NCBI GenBank assembly: GCA_039698055.1
Contig: JBDKTL010000019.1
Location: 1-46,608 of the forward strand
From: Methanoregula sp.
GTDB taxonomy: Archaea; Halobacteriota; Methanomicrobia; Methanomicrobiales; Methanospirillaceae
Length of the DNA: 46,608 bases
Reading direction: 5' to 3'
Shown: one piece after another, positions 1-9,770 of the stretch
How the letters are laid out: each line of letters opens with the position of its first letter
Numbering within the stretch: the stretch's first letter is position 1
The notes under the pieces: model-generated
Databases searched by the model: none
The model's input: only the letters and a program-made list of their open reading frames with translations
Told to the model about the DNA's origin: nothing
Program-made: the position numbers and the translations under genes

Positions 1-83
1 AGTTCAACGGGGATCTCAAAGCGAGAAGATTCCTGATTCAGATGAAAGAAATCGCTAACAAAATGAGTGTCTGTAACATTCAT
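1..83 (-). CDS. Possible 5' end of a gene running off the window (MNVTDTHFVSDFFHLNQESSRFEIPVE...)
   Basis: ATG at 83 on the minus strand, open to the window edge; divergent from the UbiA gene across an AT-rich spacer. No recognisable motif. Confidence 0.3.
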   Translation of the reverse strand, partial: MNVTDTHFVSDFFHLNQESSRFEIPVE

Positions 84-216
84 AGGTTCTTACTTTCTCT
101 CATCGTTGAGGTTTTCTACAGAGCAAAAAAAACAAAAACTGGAAAACCCGGAAATAAAAAATCAAATTTTTTTTGGATCGTCAATACCCATAAATTCTTT
201 CCGGACGAATTAGGTA

Positions 217-1104
217 GTGATTTTATCATCTGTGCCTGGAGAGATTACCCTGTACCATCCTTTACGAAGACTTATCCGGTTCGAGGCATATGGCATACTT
301 TTTATGTTTGCCGGGCTGTTTGGCGTGCTCCTGACCGGCGCACCGTTCAATCCGTTGCTGGTAATTCTCCTGATCTTTATTGCGGCATCATCGGCATTCG
401 GGTTCATCATCAACGATATCTCGGACGTAGCGCTTGATGCACGTCTGGAAAAACCCCGGAATCCTCTTGCCGATGGCTCACTCTCCTGCCGGGTCGCATG
501 GGTCGTCAGCGGAATTTTTCTTGCCGTCTCGCTTGCCTGCATGGCATTGCTGCCGCTATCGCTCCTTGCAATAGAGTTTGCAATCCTTTTCGTGTTTATC
601 ACGTATTCGTTTTTCATCGAGACCAAGAATATTGCCGGACTGGACTTAATCTATCATGCCCTGTTCCCTGCGCTCTACGGGCTCCTTGGCTATGTCCTCT
701 ACCATTCATTTGACCTGACCGGCCTCGTGTTCACGGTGCTCCTTGGAATATTTGGTGCCATCGGCGAGATGGGCAATGAAATCCGGGACCGTGAAAAAGA
801 CCGGCACGTCCGGAAAAATACGGTTGCCCTGCTTGATGAACGCCCGTCATTTTTCCTGACCATCGGCCTGCTGGTTTTTGCATTTGCGATCATCGCCATA
901 TTTGCCGTCATCCAGCCGGGCTATTTATGGCTTCTTCCGTTTATACCGTTCGGGATTTTTCTTGTGCATCCCTTGTACCGGGCAATGAAGGTTCAGGCTG
1001 ACCGTGAAACATTTGTCGATACGATAAACAGCCGGGCGATACTCCTGGTCATAGCCATGGTACCTGCATTCATGTTTGTCCGGTACATGGGGTATACCAG
1101 CTGA
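217..1104 (+). CDS. UbiA-family prenyltransferase (membrane)
   Basis: NDISDVALD...KPRNPLADG first Asp-rich motif, NEIRDREKD second motif, multiple TM segments. Start uncertain. Confidence 0.85.
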   Translation: MILSSVPGEITLYHPLRRLIRFEAYGILFMFAGLFGVLLTGAPFNPLLVILLIFIAASSAFGFIINDISDVALDARLEKPRNPLADGSLSCRVAWVVSGIFLAVSLACMALLPLSLLAIEFAILFVFITYSFFIETKNIAGLDLIYHALFPALYGLLGYVLYHSFDLTGLVFTVLLGIFGAIGEMGNEIRDREKDRHVRKNTVALLDERPSFFLTIGLLVFAFAIIAIFAVIQPGYLWLLPFIPFGIFLVHPLYRAMKVQADRETFVDTINSRAILLVIAMVPAFMFVRYMGYTS

Positions 1105-1286
1105 ATCCTGATTATTTTTAAATTACCGGCGATATACCCGAGGGATACCTGCTCCCGCGACCGTACGATGATGAGTTCCCGGTGTGGACGATGAGTGCCC
1201 GGGAGATCCCCTCTTCCGGCCCCAATCCTTGCCCGGATTGCCATGAACCGGCACCTGTTTTCTGGTTGTGAGGCACCGGGCGTCCA

Positions 1287-1480
1287 CCTCATAAAAAAAG
1301 TCGGTTTTAATGGGTTTATTTGCCAGAATACCTGATTATATCAGGATTTGAACCTGCAATACAGAGGGCTTTTTTAGAGGCGCTTTTTTGGACCCATGGA
1401 TTATGAGGTCGCGAGCGATAAACGGCCTGAAAACAGTGCCTGTGGCCCGACCATGGATTCACGTCGGAGAAATCGGACTT
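1287..1480 (+). repeat. Degenerate intergenic direct repeat, copy 1 (core GATTATGAGGTCGCG..AAACGGCCTG..CTGTGG..TTCACG.CGGAGAA)
   Basis: Aligns by eye with 1621-1802; core TTATGAGGTCGCG at 1401-1413 and 1719-1731 (offset 318). Confidence 0.75.
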
Positions 1481-1583
1481 TCGCACCCTCCCCTATCCGC
1501 CACTATTCCCCCATGAGACACGAGCCTTCCCACGATCGATTCTCCGACGTAAGACCCTAATGGCTGGCAACTCATCCGGAACT

Positions 1584-1597
1584 CTCCAGTGGAAATG
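1584..1597 (+). promoter_or_regulatory. ORB-like (Orc1/Cdc6 origin recognition box-like) motif CTCCAGTGGAAATG
   Basis: Matches the euryarchaeal ORB core TCCAGTGGAAA. It lacks the G-string, is single-copy, and no cdc6 is in the window. Confidence 0.35.
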
Positions 1598-1620
1598 ATG
1601 TTGACGCCCGACAAGTATCC

Positions 1621-1802
1621 CCCCATAATTCGTTATTTTCGCAAAATAACCGTTTTAATCAGGAAAAAACCGGCCAATTTAGCGGGCTTTTAGCGGGTAT
1701 GTTTTTTCGGTACGTAGATTATGAGGTCGCGGCCTGTAAACGGCCTGTAAAACACCCTCTGTGGGCCTGCAATGCGTTCACGCCGGAGAATGCAGGTTTT
1801 TT
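1621..1802 (+). repeat. Degenerate intergenic direct repeat, copy 2
   Basis: GATTATGAGGTCGCGGCCTGTAAACGGCCTGTAAAACACCCTCTGTGGGCCTGCAATGCGTTCACGCCGGAGAA, similar to copy 1. Confidence 0.75.
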
Positions 1803-1945
1803 AAATAACCAGTTTCATTTCCGGAATTTTTAGCGTTGGCAATGTTCCGGTTTCATCAAGTGAGTTCCACAAGTTTTCCCGGGAATTTTTTTTTATTTTT
1901 TCCCGCACCAAAATAAAATTTACAGATTTCGTGCGCACCGGATTT

Positions 1946-2782
1946 TTACGTCACAACTGCTTTCATGAACCGCCACCGGGCAAATGCAAACATGATTGCC
2001 GTAAACACAAGGAGTCCCAAAAATGCCAGCAGGATATCGCCGGTTGTGTAGACATAGTGTTTGCCCAGCGCCAGGAAATCCGGACCGATTGCAAAGTACC
2101 GGATCCCGTCAATCAGGAGAGTCATCGGGTTGTACTGGGAAAATATTTTTAAAACAGCCGGGAAAGAATCGACCGGGTAGAGCGCGTTGCTGGCAAAGAA
2201 GATCGGCATGGTCAAGAGCGTCATGATCCCCTGCATTCCTTCAGGAGTTTCCATCGTGACAGCAATACCCGCTGACAAAAAGAGGAAGCCAAGCGAAAAA
2301 ACCCCGACAAATAACAGGATTCCAAGAATTGAAAGCATGACCCGTAACGGATCGTAGCCGACAAAGAAACCGGCACCAATCAGGATGCCAAATCCCATAA
2401 TGATAAGCGCCTGGATAAATGCTTTTGTCGTGCCCGAAAGACCGATACCGATGATGACGTGGTCCCGTGGCATGGGACTTGCCATGATCTCCCGCATCAG
2501 CCCCCAGTTCTTGTCAAAAAGAATGATCATCCCCCCAAACAGGCTGGTAAACAGGGAGGTCATCGCGATGATCCCGGCTGCCATAAAGGTAAGGTACCCC
2601 ACCGCATGCACTCCCGCAGGCACCGGTACGCCCGACATCAGCTGATCGAAACTGCTCGACATCGCAATACCAAAAAACGCAAGCCAGAGTGCCGGTTGCA
2701 GGAGGGACGAGAGCAGCATTGTCCGAAACCGGAAGAACCGGATCATGTCGCGCCAGTAAATATTCAAAAAACCGTAATTCAC
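1946..2782 (-). CDS. ABC-2 type exporter permease (DrrB-like)
   Basis: About six TM segments, FFASNALYP and YNPMTLLIDGIR motifs; directly downstream of an ABC ATPase. Confidence 0.9.
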   Translation of the reverse strand: MNYGFLNIYWRDMIRFFRFRTMLLSSLLQPALWLAFFGIAMSSSFDQLMSGVPVPAGVHAVGYLTFMAAGIIAMTSLFTSLFGGMIILFDKNWGLMREIMASPMPRDHVIIGIGLSGTTKAFIQALIIMGFGILIGAGFFVGYDPLRVMLSILGILLFVGVFSLGFLFLSAGIAVTMETPEGMQGIMTLLTMPIFFASNALYPVDSFPAVLKIFSQYNPMTLLIDGIRYFAIGPDFLALGKHYVYTTGDILLAFLGLLVFTAIMFAFARWRFMKAVVT

Positions 2783-2784
2783 CG

Positions 2785-3780
2785 CTAATGCCCCCTCCGG
2801 TTCCGGGAAATCGTGGAAGATTTTCCTGCCGTTTCGTCACGGATCTCTTTTCCGGTATAATAGACAAACACATCGTCCATGGACGGTTTTTTGATATTTA
2901 CCGTGCTGATGGTGATGCCGGCATTCCTTATGACATCCATGAGCACCGGGAGGGTTTTTGTCCCGTCCTCGGTGATCATGACAAGAATCCCTTTTAATTT
3001 CTGGTTGATCGTTTTTACCACGGGTAATTCGTTAAGGAGTTTTATCGCCGCTGCATTGTCGGAAGTTTCCAGGTAAATAATATCCCGGCCCAGCGTGTTC
3101 TTGAGCTCCCACGATGTGCCCGAAATAATGATTTTGCCGTGGTCGATGATACTGATCCGGTCCGAGAGCAGGTCTGCCTCATCCATGTAATGCGTGGTAA
3201 GAAAGATGGTCGTCCCCTCCTTGTTGACATTCCGGATATAATCCCACATCCGCATCCGTGTCTGGGGGTCAAGCCCGATAGTCGGTTCATCCAAAAAGAG
3301 AATCTTTGGCCGGGTCATCAGCCCCCGTGCAATCTCAAGCCGGCGTTTCATCCCTCCGCTTAACTTTTTGGTACGGGTGTTCCGCTTTGATTCGAGTTCA
3401 ACAAGCGCGAGAAGTTCCTCGATCCGTTCCCTGCGCTCAATGCGCGGCATCGAATAGAGTTTCCCGTGAAATTCAAGGATCTCCCAGACCGTCATATCCC
3501 GGTCAAGCGTGATCTCCTGGAAGACAATGCCAATCGATTCGCGGACGTTCTGGGGATCGCGTGTCACATCATACCCGGCAATACAGACCTCGCCTTTCTG
3601 GAGCGCCAGCAGCGTGATGAGCACGTTGATTGCGGTACTTTTCCCTGCTCCGTTCGGGCCGAGGAACGAGAATATCTCGCCTTCTTTTACGCTAAAACTG
3701 ATCCCGTCCACTGCGGTAAAATCACCATATCGGTATTCGAGATTTTTGACGCTGATGATGATCCGGCTTTCAGGTTTCAT
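2785..3780 (-). CDS. ABC exporter ATP-binding protein (DrrA-like)
   Basis: Walker A GPNGAGKS, signature LSGGM, Walker B ILFLDEPT, TTHYMDEAD. Confidence 0.95.
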   Translation of the reverse strand: MKPESRIIISVKNLEYRYGDFTAVDGISFSVKEGEIFSFLGPNGAGKSTAINVLITLLALQKGEVCIAGYDVTRDPQNVRESIGIVFQEITLDRDMTVWEILEFHGKLYSMPRIERRERIEELLALVELESKRNTRTKKLSGGMKRRLEIARGLMTRPKILFLDEPTIGLDPQTRMRMWDYIRNVNKEGTTIFLTTHYMDEADLLSDRISIIDHGKIIISGTSWELKNTLGRDIIYLETSDNAAAIKLLNELPVVKTINQKLKGILVMITEDGTKTLPVLMDVIRNAGITISTVNIKKPSMDDVFVYYTGKEIRDETAGKSSTISRNRRGH

Positions 3781-4015
3781 GGGTTTTTACATGTTGATTC
3801 ATGCCTTAAAATCACATTAATCCTTTGATACAGGACATTTGCGGGAGGAAAGGGCAGGTCAGATCCGGGCAGGATTTTTAACCCTCGCTCGTTACCTCGA
3901 AAGGACACTGGCGGGCATCCATTGGTGAGGCCTCCATTTTTTACGGATAACGATTGCAGGATTTTTCTTATTTTCAGCTATACCTATTTGTCATGCCGGC
4001 ACGAAGACTAGTGCA

Positions 4016-4378
4016 ATGGCAGCAGAGCCGGAATTCCGATACAAACAGTGCCTCATCATCAGGAACGACGTTAAGATGAGCTGCGGCAAGCGGTGTGCAC
4101 AGGCAGCGCACGCGTCCATCGGGGCGTTTGAGAACGCGGACAAGACGCTCAGGAGAGCTTGGCAATCCGAGGGCCAGAAGAAAGTCGTCCTCAAAGCAAA
4201 CGACGAGCGGACACTTTTTGAGCTCAAGGTAATTGCCGAACGCTCCGGGATTTCAACATCGCTTATCCAGGATGCCGGCATGACCGAGATCCCGCCCGGA
4301 ACCATCACGGCACTTGGCCTTGGCCCGGCAAAGTCTGAAGACCTCGACAAGATCACCGGAAACCTATCCCTCCTATGA
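4016..4378 (+). CDS. pth2: Peptidyl-tRNA hydrolase Pth2
   Basis: KQCLIIRNDVKMSCGK..AQAAHA, GQKKVVLK, IQDAGMTEIPPGTITALGLGP motifs. Confidence 0.95.
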   Translation: MAAEPEFRYKQCLIIRNDVKMSCGKRCAQAAHASIGAFENADKTLRRAWQSEGQKKVVLKANDERTLFELKVIAERSGISTSLIQDAGMTEIPPGTITALGLGPAKSEDLDKITGNLSLL

Positions 4379-5646
4379 AAGAGAGCACCTTCCCGCTCGA
4401 ACGCGATCTTGGCATGCGGTATTATGCCACGGATACCGAAGGTATTGGCGGAAAACTCCGGTGTGTCCCGGAAGATTTTGTTGTAAAAGAAATTCCCAAA
4501 AAAGAGTATACTACGACATCGGGGCCGTATCTCATCTGCCGGCTGACAAAGACCAACTGGGAACTCCAGCACGCGATAAAAGAACTCTCGCGCCGGCTTG
4601 GCATAAGCCACCGCCGTATCGGCTGGGCAGGAACCAAGGACAAAAACGCGGTCACATCCCAGTTTATCTCGCTGTATAACGTGACAAGGGAAGCCATTGC
4701 CGAAGTCCGGCTTAAGGATATTACCCTCGACGTAATCGGGCAGGCAAACGAACAGTTGTCACTGGGGGATTTGAAGGGAAACCGGTTTGATATTTTGATA
4801 CGCGGCACGGAACACGCGGACCTGGAAAAAATGGTAACGGGCATTTCTGCAACTGCTTCAGAAGCCCTTCCCAATTATTTCGGGCTCCAGCGTTTTGGCG
4901 TCATCCGCCCGCTGACGCACCGGATCGGTGAGTTGATCCTTGTGCGGGACTATGAAAACGCGATAAAGGAATATGTCGGCAGGGCATTTCCCCATGAACC
5001 CGAAGATATCCAGGCCATCAGGTCTGCATTTGCCGCATCCGGCGATCCCGCAGAAGCATTGCGCATGCTCCCGACGTACATGGCGTTTGAGCGGTCAATG
5101 CTCCACCATCTCTCTGCCCACCCCGGCGATTATCCCGGGGCGCTCCAGCAGCTTCCGCCAAAACTCCTGTCAATGTTTGTATCCGCGTACCAGTCATGGC
5201 TCTTTAACTGTGCCCTTTCCATGCGGTTTGAACACGGCAACACGCTCACGGACCCGGTTCCCGGTGACCGGCTGGTCTTTGCCAATGGCCGCACCGATGT
5301 CGCTACCGCACAAAATATTCACGCGGTTTCCCTGCATATCAAACGCGGGCGCTGCACCATAGCACTCTTTATGCCGGGAAAAGAAGTTTCAGACGCGCTC
5401 CCGGTCGATCCTGCCATCAGGGAACTTCTCACCAACCGTGGTATTACTGCCCGGGACTTTGAGCAGGCCTCAAAATTTGTCAAAACAAAATATGACGGGG
5501 CGTGGCGCCCAATATCCCTAAAAACAATCATCACGTCGGAAGTAAACGGGCCCGACGTCCGGCTCTGCTTCACCCTGCCACCGGGCCACTATGCAACGAC
5601 CGTCTGCCGGGAATTTATGAAATCGGATCCCTTACAAATGATTTAA
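4375..5646 (+). CDS. truD: tRNA pseudouridine(13) synthase TruD
   Basis: PEDFVVKE, WAGTKDKNAVTSQ, GNRFDI, PNYFGLQRFG, FTLPPGHYAT; 4-bp overlap with pth2. Confidence 0.95.
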   Translation: MKESTFPLERDLGMRYYATDTEGIGGKLRCVPEDFVVKEIPKKEYTTTSGPYLICRLTKTNWELQHAIKELSRRLGISHRRIGWAGTKDKNAVTSQFISLYNVTREAIAEVRLKDITLDVIGQANEQLSLGDLKGNRFDILIRGTEHADLEKMVTGISATASEALPNYFGLQRFGVIRPLTHRIGELILVRDYENAIKEYVGRAFPHEPEDIQAIRSAFAASGDPAEALRMLPTYMAFERSMLHHLSAHPGDYPGALQQLPPKLLSMFVSAYQSWLFNCALSMRFEHGNTLTDPVPGDRLVFANGRTDVATAQNIHAVSLHIKRGRCTIALFMPGKEVSDALPVDPAIRELLTNRGITARDFEQASKFVKTKYDGAWRPISLKTIITSEVNGPDVRLCFTLPPGHYATTVCREFMKSDPLQMI

Positions 5647-5656
5647 AAAAAAGGGA

Positions 5657-6457
5657 TTATCCCCGGGCCTGTGCAAGCGCTTTTGCACCCTCGATTGCGT
5701 CGTTGATGTTCCCGAGTTCGTCAACGACATTGATCTTCACGGCATCGGCACCGCGTATGACCCGGCCATCGTCAATATCAGACCGGGAGATCACCCGCTG
5801 CGTGGTCACATCGTTGATGAACAGATCGAAACTGTCGTTGACAATTTTCTGGGCATACTCACGCTCATCCATGTTTATCGGTCGGGAGGTCGAGCCCATG
5901 TCCTTCTTGCTGCCGGACTTGACAACCGAGACATTGTATCCCTCTTTGTTCATCCACTCGCTGATATCGGAAAACGTCCAGATGACCCCGACCCCGGCGG
6001 TAAACGTATCCGGATCCGCATAGATCTTGTCCGCGTGGGCGCTGACATAATATGCCGCTGAGGTTGCCATGTCGCCCATGGAAACAACCACGGGTTTTTT
6101 GGTCTTGGCATAGTCGAGGTCGCGGATGATCTCCTGCGCAGCGGCCGGTGTGCCACCGGGGCTGTTGACCCGCAGCACGATCGCTTCGGCCATCGGATCG
6201 TCAGCTGCGTCCCGGAGTTCCCGGCCCACCAGTTCGCTGCCGACGGATTGGTCGTCAGAAAAATCCCCGGTGCTCATCGTCCCTTCCATCCGCACGACCG
6301 TAACACCCTGCGTGGTGGCGGAATGGTTGAGATAAAATGCCGCAATGAAAACCCCGGTAACGACGATCATGAAAACGACAATAACGATAAACCATCTCAA
6401 TCCTGTGTTCGGACGGTGGGGAACAGGACTCCCCTGGTGTTCATACGGCATTATCAT
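5657..6457 (-). CDS. sppA: Signal peptide peptidase SppA (S49)
   Basis: N-terminal TM; LRVNSPGG, KPVVVSMGDMATSAAYYVS, KSGSKKD, VDELG motifs. Confidence 0.9.
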   Translation of the reverse strand: MIMPYEHQGSPVPHRPNTGLRWFIVIVVFMIVVTGVFIAAFYLNHSATTQGVTVVRMEGTMSTGDFSDDQSVGSELVGRELRDAADDPMAEAIVLRVNSPGGTPAAAQEIIRDLDYAKTKKPVVVSMGDMATSAAYYVSAHADKIYADPDTFTAGVGVIWTFSDISEWMNKEGYNVSVVKSGSKKDMGSTSRPINMDEREYAQKIVNDSFDLFINDVTTQRVISRSDIDDGRVIRGADAVKINVVDELGNINDAIEGAKALAQARG

Positions 6458-7155
6458 AACGGGATCTCCTGTGCATACAGGACATCAAACTCGGATACGA
6501 GATTGCTGCCGCACAGGTAAAATTTTTTCAGGTTCAGCCGGATCATTTCATCCTCGGTATTGATATGCATCCCCCCGACAAGGGAGGGGGTATCGGACCC
6601 GCCGACAATAAACGGCAGGTGGATCAGCCGGATCTCATCGACGAGTTTGTCGTGCAGCATATGCCAGTTCAGGGTCGGTCCTCCTTCAATCATCAGTTTT
6701 TTCACCTTGAATTTTTCCGCAAGGATATGCAGCAGGAGCGGCAGTTCGACATGGTCTTTTCCGGCGACGACAACGTTTACGCCTTTTGCCCGCAGTGCAT
6801 CCACCCGGTCTTTGGGCGCCGCTTCGCAGACAGCAATGACCGTAGGTGCATCAGCGCCCAGTACATGTGCATCGAGCGGGAGGTCTGCCATGCTGCACGG
6901 GATCACCCGTATCGGGCTTTTTCCCGGTACCAGCCGCACGGTTAAAAATGAATTGTCGATGCGGATCGTATTTGCACCAACCATGATCGCGTCATATGCC
7001 GCCCGTGTTTCATGGAGCAGGATCTCGGTCTCGTGCGCCATGTGCTTCATGAGGATTTTGCTTGAAGCGCCCTTTTTCAGGGTGAGCTTGCCATCCGCAG
7101 TAATCTCGGACATCATCAGCACGTGCGGACGGATTATTGTATCTGCCATTAACAT
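6454..7155 (-). CDS. RibD C-terminal-type reductase (2,5-diamino-6-ribosylamino-4(3H)-pyrimidinone 5'-phosphate reductase family)
   Basis: RPHV...TADGKL, DAIMVGANTIRIDN, LMIEGGPTLN, LVDEI motifs. Confidence 0.85.
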   Translation of the reverse strand: MLMADTIIRPHVLMMSEITADGKLTLKKGASSKILMKHMAHETEILLHETRAAYDAIMVGANTIRIDNSFLTVRLVPGKSPIRVIPCSMADLPLDAHVLGADAPTVIAVCEAAPKDRVDALRAKGVNVVVAGKDHVELPLLLHILAEKFKVKKLMIEGGPTLNWHMLHDKLVDEIRLIHLPFIVGGSDTPSLVGGMHINTEDEMIRLNLKKFYLCGSNLVSEFDVLYAQEIPL

Positions 7156-7289
7156 TCCACCCTTGGTAGAGAGATTGGGCGCGGGGTATTAAGAATATGG
7201 TGATGGTATGGATACGGCCATCTTCAATAAGGGCATACACCGGTAAACCACAGCAACTATTAATGGTTAAGATTCCTATGAATTGAGCT

Positions 7290-7922
7290 ATGAACATTAC
7301 TGCCCTCCGGCCACGGTTTATCAGGTATCTCGAGCCGGTCGCAGGCTTCTTTGTGAAGTGCAGGATTACGCCAAACGAGATCTCGGTGCTTTCGCTTGTC
7401 GCCGGGATCGGTTGTGCGATCCTGTTCTTTGAGCACCAGTTCCTGTGGGGAAGCGTTGCCCTGCTTCTCTCCGCCCTCCTCGACCTTGTTGACGGGAGCG
7501 TGGCACGCATGACCAATACGCACACAAAATTCGGTGCGGTTTTTGACTGGATTGTGGATAAATACGTGGACGCGCTGGTCCTGCTTGGCGTCGGTCTTGG
7601 CGGCACGGCGATCGTCAGCCAGTTTGTCGCCGTTCCCCCGTTTACAGATTTTGCCATCGTTGCATTTGCCATTATCGGCTCCCTGATGAATACGTTCATC
7701 AAACCCGTGGTCTATGCAGAGATCGGTTATGAGGCAAAAGTTGAAGGAAAAATTAACGACCCGCTTGAAGGAGTCGGCTTTTTTGGCAGGCCGGAGACAT
7801 TCCTGGTCCTGATCCTTGGCGGCGTGACCGGGTTTATCTGGGTATCGATTATCATTATTGCTGTCTGCACGAACCTCTCGGCAATCCAGCGGATCATCTA
7901 CTTGTACAAAACCCTGTCCTGA
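7290..7922 (+). CDS. CDP-alcohol phosphatidyltransferase (archaetidylinositol-phosphate/PgsA-like)
   Basis: ITPNEIS and DLVDGSVAR...FGAVFDWIVDKYVD family signature. Confidence 0.9.
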   Translation: MNITALRPRFIRYLEPVAGFFVKCRITPNEISVLSLVAGIGCAILFFEHQFLWGSVALLLSALLDLVDGSVARMTNTHTKFGAVFDWIVDKYVDALVLLGVGLGGTAIVSQFVAVPPFTDFAIVAFAIIGSLMNTFIKPVVYAEIGYEAKVEGKINDPLEGVGFFGRPETFLVLILGGVTGFIWVSIIIIAVCTNLSAIQRIIYLYKTLS

Positions 7923-8040
7923 TTTTTTTAAATTTAATTTGTAATGAATCCATCACCAATCAATATTCACAAAAACACCTGCGATAAAAATAATAAATCT
8001 TCTTCAATTGATGGAGACAAATGGCGATTTTTTAAAATTT

Positions 8041-8075
8041 ATTTACCCCTTACAGGATTATTTACGCGACCTCAT
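8041..8075 (-). repeat. Third, partial copy of the ATGAGGTCGCG repeat core
   Basis: 8065-8075 is the exact reverse complement of ATGAGGTCGCG and continues TAAATAATCCTGTAA, resembling copy 2; lies in a convergent intergenic region. Confidence 0.5.
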
Positions 8076-8229
8076 TGCCCTCCCAGAGCAAGAGAACTTT
8101 TTGTCTCAACACCATTGGAAGGAAAAATGCCCGTGAACCTGACACGGAATTGAGGAAGTAACGGAATAAAAAATGGGAATACGATGACGGGACAAAAACG
8201 GTGGGGCCAAAAAATGTACTGGAGTATTT

Positions 8230-9108
8230 TTACGGCTTGCGCCCGAACTCAGATCGTATTTCCCCATAGTAGAGCTGGAACAGGTTGTCGGCAAAATTTC
8301 CCAGACGGGGGATGATCGTAAAGAGGCCATACGCAAGAACGATCAGGACAACAAGCGCCAGCAGTTCCGCGATCACGTTGTGCGCCCAGAAGAAACTCTC
8401 GTACCCGATCTCGCCGTTACTTGCGATCTCAGGCATGTAGGGAAACCATTGGCCGGTATAGGCAATGATGACAAAGACATTCCTAATCAGGTTGAGAATA
8501 TAGATTGTCGGCGCAATCAGCAAACCCGCTAATAGTTTCTGGCGGTACGTTGTCGGCACTGCCGCGGCGACACCGAGCATGATGGCAATGCTCTGGATAC
8601 CGGTGCAGCCAAGGATGATCTCGACGCTGAATCCATTGCGGGTAATGGCGTTTAACATGAGACCATTGCATGCGACAGCGTCCATGACCTGTGAGGTTAC
8701 CGGGTTGACGCAGACAAGTGACGTGGAATAGCCTAAAATGCCCAGCAGCCAGACAACCTGTCCTACAACCACACCGATGAGCCAGTCCCCAATCATCGGC
8801 ACGTATTCGAACGGGGCATACAGCAGGAATGCAACCGCAGCTGCCCGCGAAAGGTGCAGGACGCGTTCATCGTCGGCGAGCAGGTGTTTGATGGTAATAT
8901 ATAAAAACGGCACCGACAGGGCTGCCATGAGCGGGTACATGAAATTATTGATGGAGAAGTAATAGGGCAGCTCGGCAAACAGGAACAGGACGATAAAAAT
9001 CCAGCCGGTAATCGCGGCATATTTCCGATGGTGACCGGGTATGAGGGACGCAAGAAATCCAATACAGGAAATCAGCACAAGATACTCGATCATTATAGAT
9101 TTATCCAC
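8230..9108 (-). CDS. artA: Archaeosortase A
   Basis: Polytopic membrane protein with the exosortase-family triad: ILGCTGIQS (Cys), LNLIRN (Arg), FFWAHN (His). Confidence 0.9.
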   Translation of the reverse strand: MDKSIMIEYLVLISCIGFLASLIPGHHRKYAAITGWIFIVLFLFAELPYYFSINNFMYPLMAALSVPFLYITIKHLLADDERVLHLSRAAAVAFLLYAPFEYVPMIGDWLIGVVVGQVVWLLGILGYSTSLVCVNPVTSQVMDAVACNGLMLNAITRNGFSVEIILGCTGIQSIAIMLGVAAAVPTTYRQKLLAGLLIAPTIYILNLIRNVFVIIAYTGQWFPYMPEIASNGEIGYESFFWAHNVIAELLALVVLIVLAYGLFTIIPRLGNFADNLFQLYYGEIRSEFGRKP

Positions 9109-9253
9109 CTGAAACCAATAAAAGGATTCTCCTGGTACCGTTTTTGCGGCCCAATGAATAAAAACCGTAATAATTCAATCCGGAAACAAATAACCGCCAG
9201 ATTGTCCCGATTTGATAAAAGATTTAATCTTCTCTCATAATCCATACTATACG

Positions 9254-9574
9254 ATGTTTTGTCCTGAATGCAGAAGTATGCTGATCTCCTCGGCAGGTCA
9301 GTTAAAATGCCGTAAGTGCGGATATATCAGAAAAATCGACAGTACAGACCAGGCAGGGATGACGCGCGAGAAAAAGCGCACGGAAAACGAGATCACGATT
9401 GTCGATGATGAGGATGAGAACATTAAAACAATGCCCACGATCCAGATCAAGTGCCCGAAATGCGGCAATAACCTTGCCATCTGGTGGCTTCGCCAGCTTC
9501 GCGCCGCAGATGAAAGCGAAGTCCGGTTCTTCCGGTGCACAAAATGCGATCATACCTGGCGGCAGTACGACTGA
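9254..9574 (+). CDS. tfs: Transcription factor S (RpoM/TFIIS-like)
   Basis: MFCPEC..CRKC and CPKC...QLRAADESEVRFFRCTKCDHTWRQY zinc ribbons with the acidic DE hairpin; ATG at 9254. Confidence 0.95.
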   Translation: MFCPECRSMLISSAGQLKCRKCGYIRKIDSTDQAGMTREKKRTENEITIVDDEDENIKTMPTIQIKCPKCGNNLAIWWLRQLRAADESEVRFFRCTKCDHTWRQYD

Positions 9575-9770
9575 TATTCCAGCATAACTGAATATTTTTT
9601 TCCCCATTCCTCTTTTCATCACGGTATTGGAACAAACATGCGATGACCCGGCCCGGGCGGTTATGTCCATTTTTTGCCATGACCATTTTTCATAATCCAC
9701 GTTGGCAATCCAGGCTTTTTTTGTTCCAGCGACAATAACGAAACCATTATTGCATGAACCGGAATAGTAC

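Noticed and set aside
1105-1945. CRISPR array or IS element in the long spacer
   Set aside because: Only two long degenerate copies; no regularly spaced identical repeats, no transposase and no clear terminal inverted repeats with target duplication.
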